Shown piece after piece: positions 1-9,191 of a DNA stretch of 32,000 nucleotides. The translations under genes were made by a program, and so were the position numbers. The stretch's first letter is position 1. Each line of letters opens with the position of its first letter. The notes beneath the pieces are model-generated. The model worked only from the letters and a program-made list of their open reading frames with translations, was not told the DNA's origin and ran no database searches. Origin of the DNA: Coprobacillaceae bacterium (GTDB lineage: Bacteria > Bacillota_I > Bacilli_A > Erysipelotrichales > Coprobacillaceae); assembly GCA_963675915.1 (NCBI GenBank), contig OY780959.1:90001-122000 (forward strand), given 5' to 3'.

Positions 1-368
1 CGGGCAAATTCGAAATCGAATTTTTCCGGACTGTTGCACGAGTCTCTGCAGGTTCCCCGATATTTCAGGTAGCGTTGCCAGGCTTTCTTGAAACAGTACC
101 AGCGACCATAATCGAGAAAGATGGTCAGGTCAGCTTTTTCAAAACGCTCTGGAGCCAGGTGATGATAGTTGCCGTCAATCACCCAGTCTTCATTTTCACC
201 CAAAAAATCGCGGACCATCTGTTGCTGTAAATCACGCGGACGGGTTTGCCAGTTTCCGGTGAACTGGACATTGTCGAGATGAAGCAGCGGAAATTGGTAG
301 TGATCTGCCAGGATTTTGGCCAGAGTGGATTTTCCCGAGCCACTGTAGCCGATTATTTGTATTTTCAT
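1..368 (-). CDS. P-loop NTPase, topology-modulation (FlaR)/adenylate-kinase-like; C-terminal part lies beyond the left edge
   Basis: Hand translation of the reverse strand from the ATG (complement of 366-368) gives MKIQIIGYSGSGKSTLAKILADHYQFPLLHLDNVQF...DWVIDGNY...IFLDYGRWYCFKKAWQRYLKYRG. It has a Walker A motif (GYSGSGKST) and a GGAG SD at the complement of 376-379. It is absent from the ORF track because it runs off the edge. Confidence 0.7.
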   Translation of the reverse strand, partial: MKIQIIGYSGSGKSTLAKILADHYQFPLLHLDNVQFTGNWQTRPRDLQQQMVRDFLGENEDWVIDGNYHHLAPERFEKADLTIFLDYGRWYCFKKAWQRYLKYRGTCRDSCNSPEKFDFEFA

Positions 369-482
369 GTAAAATCTCCTTTACCCTGGTTAGATTATAA
401 CTTTTTTCCCCCGTAAATTCCAGTGATCAAATAATCTTCGATATCATTGTACATTTAAGCGGATATATAGTATAATACAGCC

Positions 483-556
483 GTGAACAGGGGTGCCGTT
501 TTGGCTGAGAAATACCCTTATCACCTGATCTAGTTAGGACTAGCGTAGGGAGTTAC
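483..556 (+). ncRNA. TPP (THI-box) riboswitch aptamer
   Basis: Conserved THI-box elements are present: GGGGTGC (490-496), GCTGAGA (503-509), ACCC, ACCTGATCTAG..CTAGCGTAGGGA (522-551). The P1 helix pairs GTGAAC (483-488) with GTTAC (552-556). It sits directly upstream of the thiT-like gene. Confidence 0.9.
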
Positions 557-581
557 AAATTTAATAATTATCTTATTCCTT

Positions 582-605
582 GCGCCTCAAAAAATTCGGA
601 GGTGT
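582..605 (+). promoter_or_regulatory. SD-sequestering hairpin, the putative expression platform of the TPP riboswitch
   Basis: GCGCCTC (582-588) can pair with GAGGTGT (599-605, two G-U pairs), covering the GGAGG SD at 598-602. No hairpin followed by a U-run lies between 557 and 610, which favours translational rather than transcriptional control. Confidence 0.5.
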
Positions 606-610
606 TATTA

Positions 611-1150
611 ATGAAAGTCAAAGATCTAGTTTTCATGGCGATGTATATTGCTCTAGCTTTAGTATTGGATTATGTTTCGGAATTGATTCCATTTTTGCAG
701 ATGCCGATGGGTGGCAGCATCAATCTGGCAGTGATTCCGGTGCTTGTGGCATCGTATCACATGGGGTGGAAAAATGGAGCCCTGGTGGGACTTTTATGGT
801 GGTTTGTCGGGTTCGTGATGTTCGGATTCAACCGCTGGTATCTTAATCCGTCCCAATACCTGTTGGATTACATTATTCCGGCTGCAATTTTGGGATTTGC
901 GAGTATCATGCCAAAATTCGGCATGAAAAACAATTTGTATACCGGGATCGTGATTGTTTCGGTATTGCGATTTACCTGCAACCTGCTATCGGGAGTGTTC
1001 TTCTATTTCCCTGAAGGTTCAGCTCCGGGAAGTCTGGGGGCCTGGATTTATTCATTCAATTACAATATCTGGTACAATCTGGCGACCATGGTGGCAGCAA
1101 TTATTATTGCTCCAATCCTGATCAAAAGACTGCCTCATACAAAGTTATAA
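611..1150 (+). CDS. thiT: Thiamine transporter ThiT (ECF S-component)
   Basis: ORF 602..1150, with the ATG at 611 lying 8 nt after GGAGG. It is a multi-TM protein (MKVKDLVFMAMYIALALVLDYVSELIPFLQMPMGGSINLAVIPVL...) typical of ThiT and is preceded by the TPP riboswitch. Confidence 0.85.
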   Translation: MKVKDLVFMAMYIALALVLDYVSELIPFLQMPMGGSINLAVIPVLVASYHMGWKNGALVGLLWWFVGFVMFGFNRWYLNPSQYLLDYIIPAAILGFASIMPKFGMKNNLYTGIVIVSVLRFTCNLLSGVFFYFPEGSAPGSLGAWIYSFNYNIWYNLATMVAAIIIAPILIKRLPHTKL

Positions 1151-1155
1151 AATTT

Positions 1156-1179
1156 ACCCGTCATAAAGACGGGTTTTTG
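1156..1179 (+). terminator. Rho-independent terminator after thiT
   Basis: ACCCGTC-ATAAA-GACGGGT stem-loop followed by TTTTT. Confidence 0.8.
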
Positions 1180-1272
1180 ATTCTTTTCTCTTTATTTTTA
1201 AAGGAATAAGTGATATAGTTGATTGGCTTAAAACATTTGATATCATAATCATAGTTTTGGAAGGAGAACATT

Positions 1273-2625
1273 ATGGGTAGAAGAATTGATTTGCTCAATG
1301 ATCGAATATCGATATCGCTGTTGAAACTGGCAATGCCCATTATGGCAACTTCCCTGATTCAACTGGCTTACAGCATGATCGATATGATTTGGATCGGCCG
1401 GATCGGAGTTGGTGCTGTCAGTGCCATTGGAACTGCCGGATTGTATCTCTGGGTGGGTGACGGGATTATTTTGATGCCAAAAACCGGATCCCAGATTCTG
1501 GTCGGTCAGCAACTTGGGGCCAATAAACTGACCAAGGCCCGCAGTTATGTCAAAACTGTAATGCAGTTGGCCTTGATTATGACAGCTATTTATACTTTTA
1601 TCTTATATTTCTTCGCTGACGGACTGATTGCCTTCTACAATCTCGATCAGGCCGATGTGGTTACTCAGGCAGTCGGCTATTTGAAAGTCACTTCGTTGGG
1701 AATTGTATTCATGATGTACAATTACGTCATGACCGGGCTGTTGACAGCGACGGGGGATTCCAAAACACCCTTCTATCTCAATACTGTGGGAATCGTAGCG
1801 AATATAATTCTTGATCCATTGCTGATCTTCGGATTGAATCTTGATGTCTTTGGAGCGGGAATGGCAACAGTTATTTCCCAGGGAATCGTTTCGGCCATAT
1901 TCCTGGCCCATTCAATCAAAGACAAATACCTGTTTGATCACTTGAACCTGCTGTCAAAAATCAATTTCCAAGAAGCAAAAGAGATTATCAAGCTAGGTTT
2001 CCCGGCTTCGGTTCAGACAATTATCTTCGCTTCCATCACAATGTACATCTCGCGTTATGTGGCCGGGTTTGGCCATGAAGCAATCGCCGCCCAAAGGGTG
2101 GGGGGCCAAGTTGAATCGATATCGTGGATGAGCGCCGAAGGGTTTGGAGCAGCCATCAACGCTTTCATCGCTCAAAATTATGGAGCGCGTAAACTTGATC
2201 GGGCCAAAAAAGGCTATCTTCATGCGTTTGTGATTGTCTCGCTGATTGGAATGGCGACAACCTCGATAATTTATTTTGGGGCCGGATTCATTTTCCAACT
2301 GTTTATCACCGATATCAATCTGCTTGGTATGGGAGTCAATTATCTGCAAATCATGGCTTTTTCCCAACTGTTCATGTGCCTCGAGCTGATGACAGCTGGC
2401 GCTTTTGGCGGATATGGCAACACCTTGATTCCCGCCATTGTTTCAGTCAGTCTTACCGCTGCAAGGATCCCGTTTGTTCCGTTCATGGTTTCCATCCTGC
2501 ATAGCATCGACGGAGTCTGGTGGGCGATGAGCATCTCTTCGATTTTCAAAGGAATCGTCGCAGTAGGGTTGTTTTTGGTCTTTATCAAAAGACTTGATCA
2601 TAAATATATACCTAATAACGCATAA
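1273..2625 (+). CDS. MATE family efflux transporter
   Basis: 450 aa with about 12 TM segments. The N-terminus (LLKLAMPIMATSLIQLAYSMIDMIWIGRIG) is typical of MATE/NorM-like proteins. The AAGGAG SD is at 1261-1266. Confidence 0.85.
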   Translation: MGRRIDLLNDRISISLLKLAMPIMATSLIQLAYSMIDMIWIGRIGVGAVSAIGTAGLYLWVGDGIILMPKTGSQILVGQQLGANKLTKARSYVKTVMQLALIMTAIYTFILYFFADGLIAFYNLDQADVVTQAVGYLKVTSLGIVFMMYNYVMTGLLTATGDSKTPFYLNTVGIVANIILDPLLIFGLNLDVFGAGMATVISQGIVSAIFLAHSIKDKYLFDHLNLLSKINFQEAKEIIKLGFPASVQTIIFASITMYISRYVAGFGHEAIAAQRVGGQVESISWMSAEGFGAAINAFIAQNYGARKLDRAKKGYLHAFVIVSLIGMATTSIIYFGAGFIFQLFITDINLLGMGVNYLQIMAFSQLFMCLELMTAGAFGGYGNTLIPAIVSVSLTAARIPFVPFMVSILHSIDGVWWAMSISSIFKGIVAVGLFLVFIKRLDHKYIPNNA

Positions 2626-2665
2626 AAGAGCTAGCGTGCCAAATAGGGCATGATAGCTCTTTTTT
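2624..2665. terminator. Bidirectional terminator between the convergent MATE and YhhN genes
   Basis: Long hairpin with AAAAGAGCTA (2624-2633) pairing TAGCTCTTTT (2654-2663) and an inner GTGCC/GGGCA stem. It has an A-run on one side and a T-run on the other. Confidence 0.8.
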
Positions 2666-3302
2666 ATCCTCTTAGGCTAAGACTGATCAACAAGACCGCC
2701 AAATAATAAGTCGACAAATTGACAATCTTGACTGAAAGATATTTCTTTTGATAAAAATATTTGAAAATAATGAATATATCGGAAACTAAAAACAAGATTG
2801 CCCCCAGCATAAGCAATAGACTGGATTGACTCATGAACTCCAGATGATTGAAGATAGCCAGCGATGCCATTATTGAAATGACGATTCCATAGCCGATAAT
2901 CGCCAGATCCATTCGCTGGTAATCGATCAGCTTGATTCTTTTGATCAAAAGAATTGTCCCAATCGTGACAAAAACGCTTAAAATGACAAATCTGTTGATG
3001 GCAACCATTCGGTTCAAATAAAGGCCAAATACAAGATGGGCGACGAAAAAAGCGCCCAGACCCATCAGGAAAATGATCTTCCGGTTATGGACATGATAAT
3101 AGCCCAGGATCACATCGCCAATAAAACAACAGCCCAGACCCAGATGGATCAGACTTGGCTGAGAGCCGGGATTGTTGATGAAAAAGGCCAGGGCCAGATA
3201 TAAAGCTGAAAGAATGATCTTGGCAATTAGATATTTGATTGGATCTTTTTGAAATATCAAATAGCCAAGCAAACCAAAATAGGTTATGAGGAATATCTCC
3301 AT
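2664..3302 (-). CDS. YhhN/TMEM86-family membrane protein (lysoplasmalogenase-like)
   Basis: 212 aa, about 7-8 TM segments, with the paired motifs CFIGDVILGY and LFLVSDIFIIF characteristic of the YhhN family. GGAGGG SD upstream. Confidence 0.65.
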   Translation of the reverse strand: MEIFLITYFGLLGYLIFQKDPIKYLIAKIILSALYLALAFFINNPGSQPSLIHLGLGCCFIGDVILGYYHVHNRKIIFLMGLGAFFVAHLVFGLYLNRMVAINRFVILSVFVTIGTILLIKRIKLIDYQRMDLAIIGYGIVISIMASLAIFNHLEFMSQSSLLLMLGAILFLVSDIFIIFKYFYQKKYLSVKIVNLSTYYLAVLLISLSLRG

Positions 3303-3350
3303 ATGGTCCCTCCTTTTTTAAGTTGAAAACAGGGCTGTAAACCCTGTTTC

Positions 3351-3851
3351 TCAGTCTTTGATCAAAAATCCCAGTTTATCGAGATCGGCAATGATATTAT
3401 CAAGAATTTTTTTCGATGGTGCGGTAATCTCATGATAGTGAGTGTATCCGTCTCCAAGTTCCTTCAAAGGAATTCCCTGATGCTGTTCCATTTTGGCGAC
3501 AAATTCATCGACTTCCTTGCGAGTCGCAAGATCAAGGGGAGCGATTATCTCGTTGTAAACCGGATGTTTGATAATTACATTCTTGATTGTTCCGCCGTTG
3601 TCGATGATGGCATACAGTTCGGATTTGATGTCATCATTGGAATGGGTCAGGCAAAGTCTGATACTCATAACTCCGTCATTGACCAGATAGCCGCGGTTGG
3701 TGGAAATTATATCATATCCACTGGCTCTAAGCAGGGCGATATCCTGAACAATCGCCTGCCGGGAAACATTGAATTCTTTTGAAAGTGCCGTGCCGTTGAC
3801 CGCCTGTTTGGCGTTCAATAAATAGTTGTAGATTTCTTCTTGCCTGCTCAT
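3351..3851 (-). CDS. niaR: NiaR (YrxA) transcriptional repressor of NAD biosynthesis
   Basis: 166 aa with an N-terminal HTH (SKEFNVSRQAIVQDIALLRASGYDIISTNRGY) and a C-terminal 3H-type domain. It is the last gene of the nadABC operon, and its start overlaps the nadC stop (ATGA). Confidence 0.85.
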   Translation of the reverse strand: MSRQEEIYNYLLNAKQAVNGTALSKEFNVSRQAIVQDIALLRASGYDIISTNRGYLVNDGVMSIRLCLTHSNDDIKSELYAIIDNGGTIKNVIIKHPVYNEIIAPLDLATRKEVDEFVAKMEQHQGIPLKELGDGYTHYHEITAPSKKILDNIIADLDKLGFLIKD

Positions 3852-4684
3852 GTTATCTCCATGTTTTTAAGCGAGAGATCCAGAGTATGAGCTCCATAGG
3901 TAAGTGATCCCGAACTGATGAAATCAACCGGATAGTCTTTTATCTGCTCGAGGCGAGGTTTGGTGACGTTACCGCTGATTTCAATCAACGCCTTTTTGTC
4001 AATCAGGTCACAGGCCTTTTTGACCATTTCATTGTCCATATTGTCAAGCATGATTATTTCCACGCCGCAGTCCAGGCACTCTTGGACCATTTCCAGGGTT
4101 TCACATTCGACTTCAATCTTTTGGACAATCCGCATGTATTCTCTGGTTGCCTTGACGGCTTTGGTGATTGAACCGGCGGCAGCGATGTGATTGTCTTTGA
4201 GCATGATTCCGTCACTGAGGTTATAGCGGTGGTTGGAAGCGCCCCCCACCCTAGTGGCGTATTTTTCAAAAATCCGATTGTTTGGGGTAGTTTTTCTGGT
4301 ATCCAGCAGTTTGATGTGGCTGTCTTGTAGAACATCGGCCAAATCTTTGGTATATGATGCGATTCCCGACATTCTTTGGAGATAGTTCAAAGCAACTCTT
4401 TCTCCGGTAAGCAGGGCGCGAAGGTTTCCTTTGACAACCCCGATGACTGTTCCTTTAGCGATGAAATCCCCATCTTGATAAGTGCAGTCGAATGTCACGT
4501 CTTGGTCAAGCAATTTGAAAGTCTCTTCAAACACATCCAGCCCGCAGATTATTCCGTCCTGCTTGGAGATGAGATCGACTTTCCCATAGGCATCCTTATT
4601 AACTACGGCATTGGTTGAAAGGTCTTCGCTGGAAATATCCTCTTTCAACGCGGTCAAGATTAATTCTTTATAAAATCCATTCAT
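3848..4684 (-). CDS. nadC: Nicotinate-nucleotide pyrophosphorylase (quinolinate phosphoribosyltransferase)
   Basis: 278 aa. Motifs LTGERVALNYLQRMSGIA, LLDTRKTTP and IMLDNM are typical of NadC. Confidence 0.92.
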   Translation of the reverse strand: MNGFYKELILTALKEDISSEDLSTNAVVNKDAYGKVDLISKQDGIICGLDVFEETFKLLDQDVTFDCTYQDGDFIAKGTVIGVVKGNLRALLTGERVALNYLQRMSGIASYTKDLADVLQDSHIKLLDTRKTTPNNRIFEKYATRVGGASNHRYNLSDGIMLKDNHIAAAGSITKAVKATREYMRIVQKIEVECETLEMVQECLDCGVEIIMLDNMDNEMVKKACDLIDKKALIEISGNVTKPRLEQIKDYPVDFISSGSLTYGAHTLDLSLKNMEIT

Positions 4685-5939
4685 TGTAGAACTCCTCGTT
4701 TTCTTTTTTCAGATAGTCAAGCACCATTTGATGATTGGTGTCGCTATACTCGTTTTGATTTTGGTAAGGTTCCAGGTCGACCTCGAAAACTTCCAAAGGC
4801 TCGTGAGTATTGTTGATGTGTTTGGCACATAATTTGGCAAAAACTCCGCTTTCCAAAAGGGAATTGCTGGCAAGGCGGTTTTTCCCATGAACCCGGGTCC
4901 CGGCGGTTTCACCAACAGCATAGAGATTCTTCATTGAAGTTATCCCTTCGATTGTTGCCTTGATGCCCCCCATCAGATAATGCTGCCCTGGCATGATTGG
5001 GATGCCATCGACATAGGGATCAATCCCCCGGTCGATACAAGTCTGATAGATGTTGGGGAAATGTTCAAGCATCTTGTCCAAGGGAATCTTGGAAACATCA
5101 AGATAGACATGATCGCTGTTGTCTTTGATCATTTGTTGCTTGATTGCTTTAGCCACGATGTCCCGAGGCAAAAGACTGTCGATGAATTGGTTGCCGTTTT
5201 TGTCAACCAGGACGGCTCCTTCGCCCCGGATTGATTCGCTGACTAAAAAATTCCGACCTGATTCTTTCGAATAAAGCAAAGTAGGATGAATTTGGATGTA
5301 GTCGAGCTGATCAAGTTCGATATTGTGTTTAAGCGCTATGGCGAAACTGTCCCCTTTGATATGCGAGTAATTGGTTGATTGTTTGAAAATCCCCCCGATT
5401 CCTCCGGTTGCCAGGATGACATGGCGGCTGAAGATTGGCTGGATTTCGCCATCTTTGATGATGATGGCCCCGTGACAGCAATTGTCTTTTTCAATGATGT
5501 CAACCATGGTTGTTTCTTCGTAAATTGTCACGTTATCCCTTTTGCTTACTTCGCCAAGCAGCTTGGTAGTTATTTCCTTACCGGTTATGTCTTGATGGTG
5601 TAAAATTCTTTTGGTCGAATGACCGCCTTCGCGGGTATAGCCAAAGTCGAATTCCACCCCGTATTTCATCAAATCGACAATCAGGTCATTGGAATGGGTG
5701 ATCATTGTTTTGACAACGTCGACGTCATTTTCATAACGTCCGGCTTTTAGCGTATCATCGACATAGCTTTGAAAATCGTCCTTATGAAGCAAAGTCGAGA
5801 TTCCTCCTTGAGCCAAAGAGGAATCTGACTTTTCTTTTTTGTTGTTGCAAATCATTGTAATTTCGAAAGTTTCATCGAGACTCAAGGCGGCGATTAGGCC
5901 GGCAAGTCCGCTTCCGACAATCAGAATATCGGTTTTCAT
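4668..5939 (-). CDS. nadB: L-aspartate oxidase
   Basis: 423 aa with an N-terminal FAD fold (DILIVGSGLAGL) and the motifs AQGGI and HYLMGGI. It overlaps nadC by 17 nt and nadA by 4 nt. Confidence 0.9.
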   Translation of the reverse strand: MKTDILIVGSGLAGLIAALSLDETFEITMICNNKKEKSDSSLAQGGISTLLHKDDFQSYVDDTLKAGRYENDVDVVKTMITHSNDLIVDLMKYGVEFDFGYTREGGHSTKRILHHQDITGKEITTKLLGEVSKRDNVTIYEETTMVDIIEKDNCCHGAIIIKDGEIQPIFSRHVILATGGIGGIFKQSTNYSHIKGDSFAIALKHNIELDQLDYIQIHPTLLYSKESGRNFLVSESIRGEGAVLVDKNGNQFIDSLLPRDIVAKAIKQQMIKDNSDHVYLDVSKIPLDKMLEHFPNIYQTCIDRGIDPYVDGIPIMPGQHYLMGGIKATIEGITSMKNLYAVGETAGTRVHGKNRLASNSLLESGVFAKLCAKHINNTHEPLEVFEVDLEPYQNQNEYSDTNHQMVLDYLKKENEEFYNEWIL

Positions 5940-6844
5940 TTTGCCATCTCCAACATTTTATCCAAAGATGATTTAGCTTCTTTGATCAGATCTTCGTCAA
6001 GAACTACTCCGGTCTGGTCGTTTTCCAGAACATCAACAATTCTATCCAGGGTGATTTTTTTCATATCTTCGCAGACTTGATTTTTGATGATGGTGTGAAA
6101 TTTTTTGTCCGGATTCTGTTTTTCGAGTTCGTAGAACATCCCGAATTCGCTGGCGATGATGAATTCATCATGATCGCTGTTGTTGACATAATTGATGATT
6201 CCGGTTGTGGAACCGACAAAATCGGCCAATTCCAGAACTTCATTTGAACATTCGGGATGAGCCATAACAAGACTGGCTGGATATGCCGTTTTGGCCTTGA
6301 TGACATCTTCTTTTTTGAAACTGTCATGAAGCGGGCAATAGCCAGGATGCAAGATCCATTTCTTGTCCGGGAACTGTTTGGCCAGGTAGCCACCTAGGTT
6401 TTTGTCCGGAATGAAATAAATGTATTCGGTATCTATTTTTTCAATTACTTTCATCGCATTTCCGCTGGTGATGCAGACATCGACGTATCTCTTGATTTCG
6501 CTTTGGCTGTTGATATAACAAACCACAGTGACATCATCATATTGGGCTCTTACCTTGTCAATATCCTCTTTGGTGACCATGGCCGCCATTGGACAGACTG
6601 CCTTGTCGTTTACGAGCAGAACTGTTTTGTCCGGATTTAAAATCTTGGCAGATTCAGCCATGAAACGGACCCCGCAGAACATGATGGTTTTGTTTTTGAT
6701 TTCGGTTGCTTTTTTGGCCAGAAAGAATGAGTCGCCAATATAATCGCAAATATCTTGAACTTCCTTGTCGACATAATAATGGCCGAGAATGACCACGTCG
6801 CGCTGTTTTTTCAATTCCATAATTTTATTTTTAAGATTATCCAT
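5936..6844 (-). CDS. nadA: Quinolinate synthase
   Basis: ORF 5936..6907. I place the start at the Met of MDNLKNKIMELKKQRDVVILGHYY (ATG at the complement of 6842-6844), which has a GGAGAG SD. The longer N-terminal extension would cover the palindromic promoter region. Confidence 0.9.
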   Translation of the reverse strand: MDNLKNKIMELKKQRDVVILGHYYVDKEVQDICDYIGDSFFLAKKATEIKNKTIMFCGVRFMAESAKILNPDKTVLLVNDKAVCPMAAMVTKEDIDKVRAQYDDVTVVCYINSQSEIKRYVDVCITSGNAMKVIEKIDTEYIYFIPDKNLGGYLAKQFPDKKWILHPGYCPLHDSFKKEDVIKAKTAYPASLVMAHPECSNEVLELADFVGSTTGIINYVNNSDHDEFIIASEFGMFYELEKQNPDKKFHTIIKNQVCEDMKKITLDRIVDVLENDQTGVVLDEDLIKEAKSSLDKMLEMAK

Positions 6845-6870
6845 AGTTACTCTCCTTGTGGAATATATAA

Positions 6871-6911
6871 TGACATAAAACTTGACAGTTGTCAAGACTG
6901 CTGTCATGACA
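6871..6911 (-). promoter_or_regulatory. nadA promoter with a candidate NiaR operator (TGACA/TGTCA array)
   Basis: CTTGACA-GT-TGTCAAG (6881-6896, 7-bp arms), the perfect palindrome TGTCATGACA (6902-6911) and an extra TGACA (6871-6875). On the minus strand TTGACA (6895-6890) is a -35 box with CATTAT 17 nt downstream. The site lies 37-67 nt upstream of the nadA start. Confidence 0.6.
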
Positions 6912-7102
6912 ATGAAAACCTGTTTTGTTGGTTCTTATGTAACGATTTTAAGGGTGATTATACCGTTAAGTTGCGGATAAATCGAATATATTCAGTAGTT
7001 GGGGTGTCTTGGAGTTAATAAATTAATTCACAAACTATTTGTTTTCAACTTCAGGAGTGATTTCATGGTATAATTAATAAAAAAGAATGAGGAGGTACAA
7101 TT

Positions 7103-7954
7103 ATGACAGTTTCTGTTAGAAAAAAAGAATTGGGAGATCTTATCCAGATCAACAATTCCGAATTGACAGTTGTATTGAGCAACCTTGGAGCAAGAGTATT
7201 GAAAATTTACTATCCCGATCGTCAGGGAAGTTTTGAAAACCTGGTTCTGGGTTATGAATTTCTTGATCGTTATCTGGAAAATATTGAAAACCTCTCCGGA
7301 GCGACAGTTGGTCTTGCCGGTAATCAGAGCCTGATTCACAGCAAAGATAATAAGGAAATGCTTGAGCAGGGGCGGGGGACTGCAGAAAAACTGTTCAGCT
7401 ATCGGATAATCGGCAACGATTCCGTGGAATTTTTTGGAGAAATTGAGCCCGGTCAGGAAATCAGGATCACTTTCAAAGTTGATCAAAACAGCCTTTTGGT
7501 CAAATACCAAGGCAGCAAGGTCGACCTTTTCAATCACAGTTATTTTACGCTGGGCGGACATAATATCGAAAGCCATGACCTGAAAGTGGCTGCAACTAGC
7601 TACTGTGATGTCGATCCGGAGACAAAGAGCTTCACCGATGCGGTTGGAGTTTTTAAGACCGTCTTTGATTTCAATGAGATGGCCAATATCGACCAAGTTC
7701 TGCATCGGATTCGGGATGAAAATCCTGATAGCCGGGGACTTGACCACCTTTATTTTCTAAAACCGGGACCCGACCAGATAATTCTTGAAAACCGCAACTC
7801 GAACCGGAAGATGACGGTCTCGACCACTGCGAAAACATGCCAGATCTATACGGGAAACTTCCTGACTTCGCTCCATGAGGGGATAGCCTTTTTGCTGGGC
7901 GGAACTGATGGTGATTATGAGGTTAGCTATACATTCGAATTGATGGAAGTTTAG
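7103..7954 (+). CDS. Aldose 1-epimerase (galactose mutarotase) family protein
   Basis: 283 aa. The N-terminus (IQINNSELTVVLSNLGARVLKIYYPD...ENLVLGY) is typical of mutarotase-fold proteins. AGGAGG SD; adjacent to galE. Confidence 0.7.
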   Translation: MTVSVRKKELGDLIQINNSELTVVLSNLGARVLKIYYPDRQGSFENLVLGYEFLDRYLENIENLSGATVGLAGNQSLIHSKDNKEMLEQGRGTAEKLFSYRIIGNDSVEFFGEIEPGQEIRITFKVDQNSLLVKYQGSKVDLFNHSYFTLGGHNIESHDLKVAATSYCDVDPETKSFTDAVGVFKTVFDFNEMANIDQVLHRIRDENPDSRGLDHLYFLKPGPDQIILENRNSNRKMTVSTTAKTCQIYTGNFLTSLHEGIAFLLGGTDGDYEVSYTFELMEV

Positions 7955-8015
7955 ACAATCTTAAGATTTGGTCTCGAATATCGCCATCGGCGATATTGCA
8001 ACCGAAAATGAATGG

Positions 8016-8024
8016 TGCTATAAT
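8016..8024 (+). promoter_or_regulatory. Extended -10 promoter element for galE
   Basis: TGCTATAAT matches TGnTATAAT exactly and lies 93 nt upstream of the galE ATG. Confidence 0.5.
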
Positions 8025-8116
8025 GTTAACAGTTGTAAAATAACTGTCACCTCTAAGATGGGGACAGGTTAATATGGAAAGGATTTAATCATAGTATTGG
8101 TTAATAAGGGTGTTTT

Positions 8117-9118
8117 ATGAATGTATTGATTACAGGCGGTATCGGTTATATCGGAAGTCATATTTGTGTTGAGCTGATTGAAGCTGGCCATGATGTGGTT
8201 GTAATTGACAACCTGTCGAATTCCAAAATTGAGGTTTGTGACTATATAAAACAAATCACTGGTAAGGATATCAAATTCTACCAGGGGGATGTTCTCGATG
8301 ATAAACTGGTTGACCAGGTCTTTGCCCAAAACGACCTGGATTCGGTAATCCATTGCGCCGCGTTAAAAGCGGTTGGAGAATCGGTAGCCAAACCGATTGA
8401 ATACTACACCAATAATCTGATGGGGACCCTGGTGGTTACCGAAGCGATGGTGAAATACGGAGTCAAAAATATTGTCTTTTCATCAAGTGCGACAGTTTAT
8501 GGTGATGTCAAGGAGATGCCGGTAAGTGAAGATACGCCACTTGGAGAAACTACGAATCCTTATGGGACTTCCAAAGCGATGATGGAGCGGATCTTGAGTG
8601 ATGTCCAGTTTGCCAATCCGGATATGTCAATCACCCTGCTTCGATATTTCAATCCGGTGGGAGCCCACGAATCGGGACTTATCGGTGAAGATCCAAAAGG
8701 AATTCCCAACAATCTGGTCCCTTATATTATGAAAGTGGCGACCGGGGAATTGGAAAGTCTGGGTGTTTTCGGGGATGATTACGACACTGCAGACGGAACC
8801 GGTGTGCGCGATTATATTCATGTTGTCGACTTGGCCAAAGGTCATGTTCTGGCAATTGAAAAATACCAGGAGCCTGGTGTCCATATCACCAACCTGGGGA
8901 CCGGAACCGGATATTCGGTTCTTGATGTAGTCAAAGCTTTTGAAAAAGCCAATGGGATGACAATAAAATACCAGATCAAGGACCGCCGCCCTGGAGATAT
9001 CGCGGTGTGCTATGCCAATCCGGCCAAAGCCAAACAGGAGTTGGGCTGGGTGGCCAAGAAGAATCTTGAGGACATGTGTCGGGATACCTGGAACTTTGCC
9101 AAAACAAGATTATTGTAA
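8117..9118 (+). CDS. galE: UDP-glucose 4-epimerase
   Basis: 333 aa with the NAD-binding motif [13 protein letters not shown] and the catalytic YGTSK motif. Collinear with GalE throughout. Confidence 0.93.
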   Translation: MNVLITGGIGYIGSHICVELIEAGHDVVVIDNLSNSKIEVCDYIKQITGKDIKFYQGDVLDDKLVDQVFAQNDLDSVIHCAALKAVGESVAKPIEYYTNNLMGTLVVTEAMVKYGVKNIVFSSSATVYGDVKEMPVSEDTPLGETTNPYGTSKAMMERILSDVQFANPDMSITLLRYFNPVGAHESGLIGEDPKGIPNNLVPYIMKVATGELESLGVFGDDYDTADGTGVRDYIHVVDLAKGHVLAIEKYQEPGVHITNLGTGTGYSVLDVVKAFEKANGMTIKYQIKDRRPGDIAVCYANPAKAKQELGWVAKKNLEDMCRDTWNFAKTRLL

Positions 9119-9123
9119 AAAAT

Positions 9124-9150
9124 GTTTCCGGTCAAGGCCGGGAACTTTTT
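9124..9150 (+). terminator. Rho-independent terminator after galE
   Basis: GTTTCCGG-TCAAGG-CCGGGAAC (8 bp, one G-U pair) followed by TTTTT. Confidence 0.75.
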
Positions 9151-9191
9151 GACTATTTTGAGGAATGATCCGGTCAAAAAATGAGGAAAAT

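Noticed and set aside
580-846. An 88-aa ORF in an alternative frame over the thiT start.
   Set aside because: It overlaps the riboswitch platform and thiT in another frame, and it has no SD or motifs.
6845-6907. An N-terminal extension of nadA (MTAVLTTVKFYVIIYSTRRVT...) given in the ORF track.
   Set aside because: The extension would be encoded by the palindromic promoter/operator DNA and has no SD. The internal Met at 6844 has a GGAGAG SD and gives a NadA-like N-terminus.
7028-7747. A 239-aa ORF on the minus strand.
   Set aside because: It is entirely antisense to the well-supported aldose-epimerase gene and its promoter. It has no SD, its composition looks like junk, and its N-terminus runs across the intergenic promoter.
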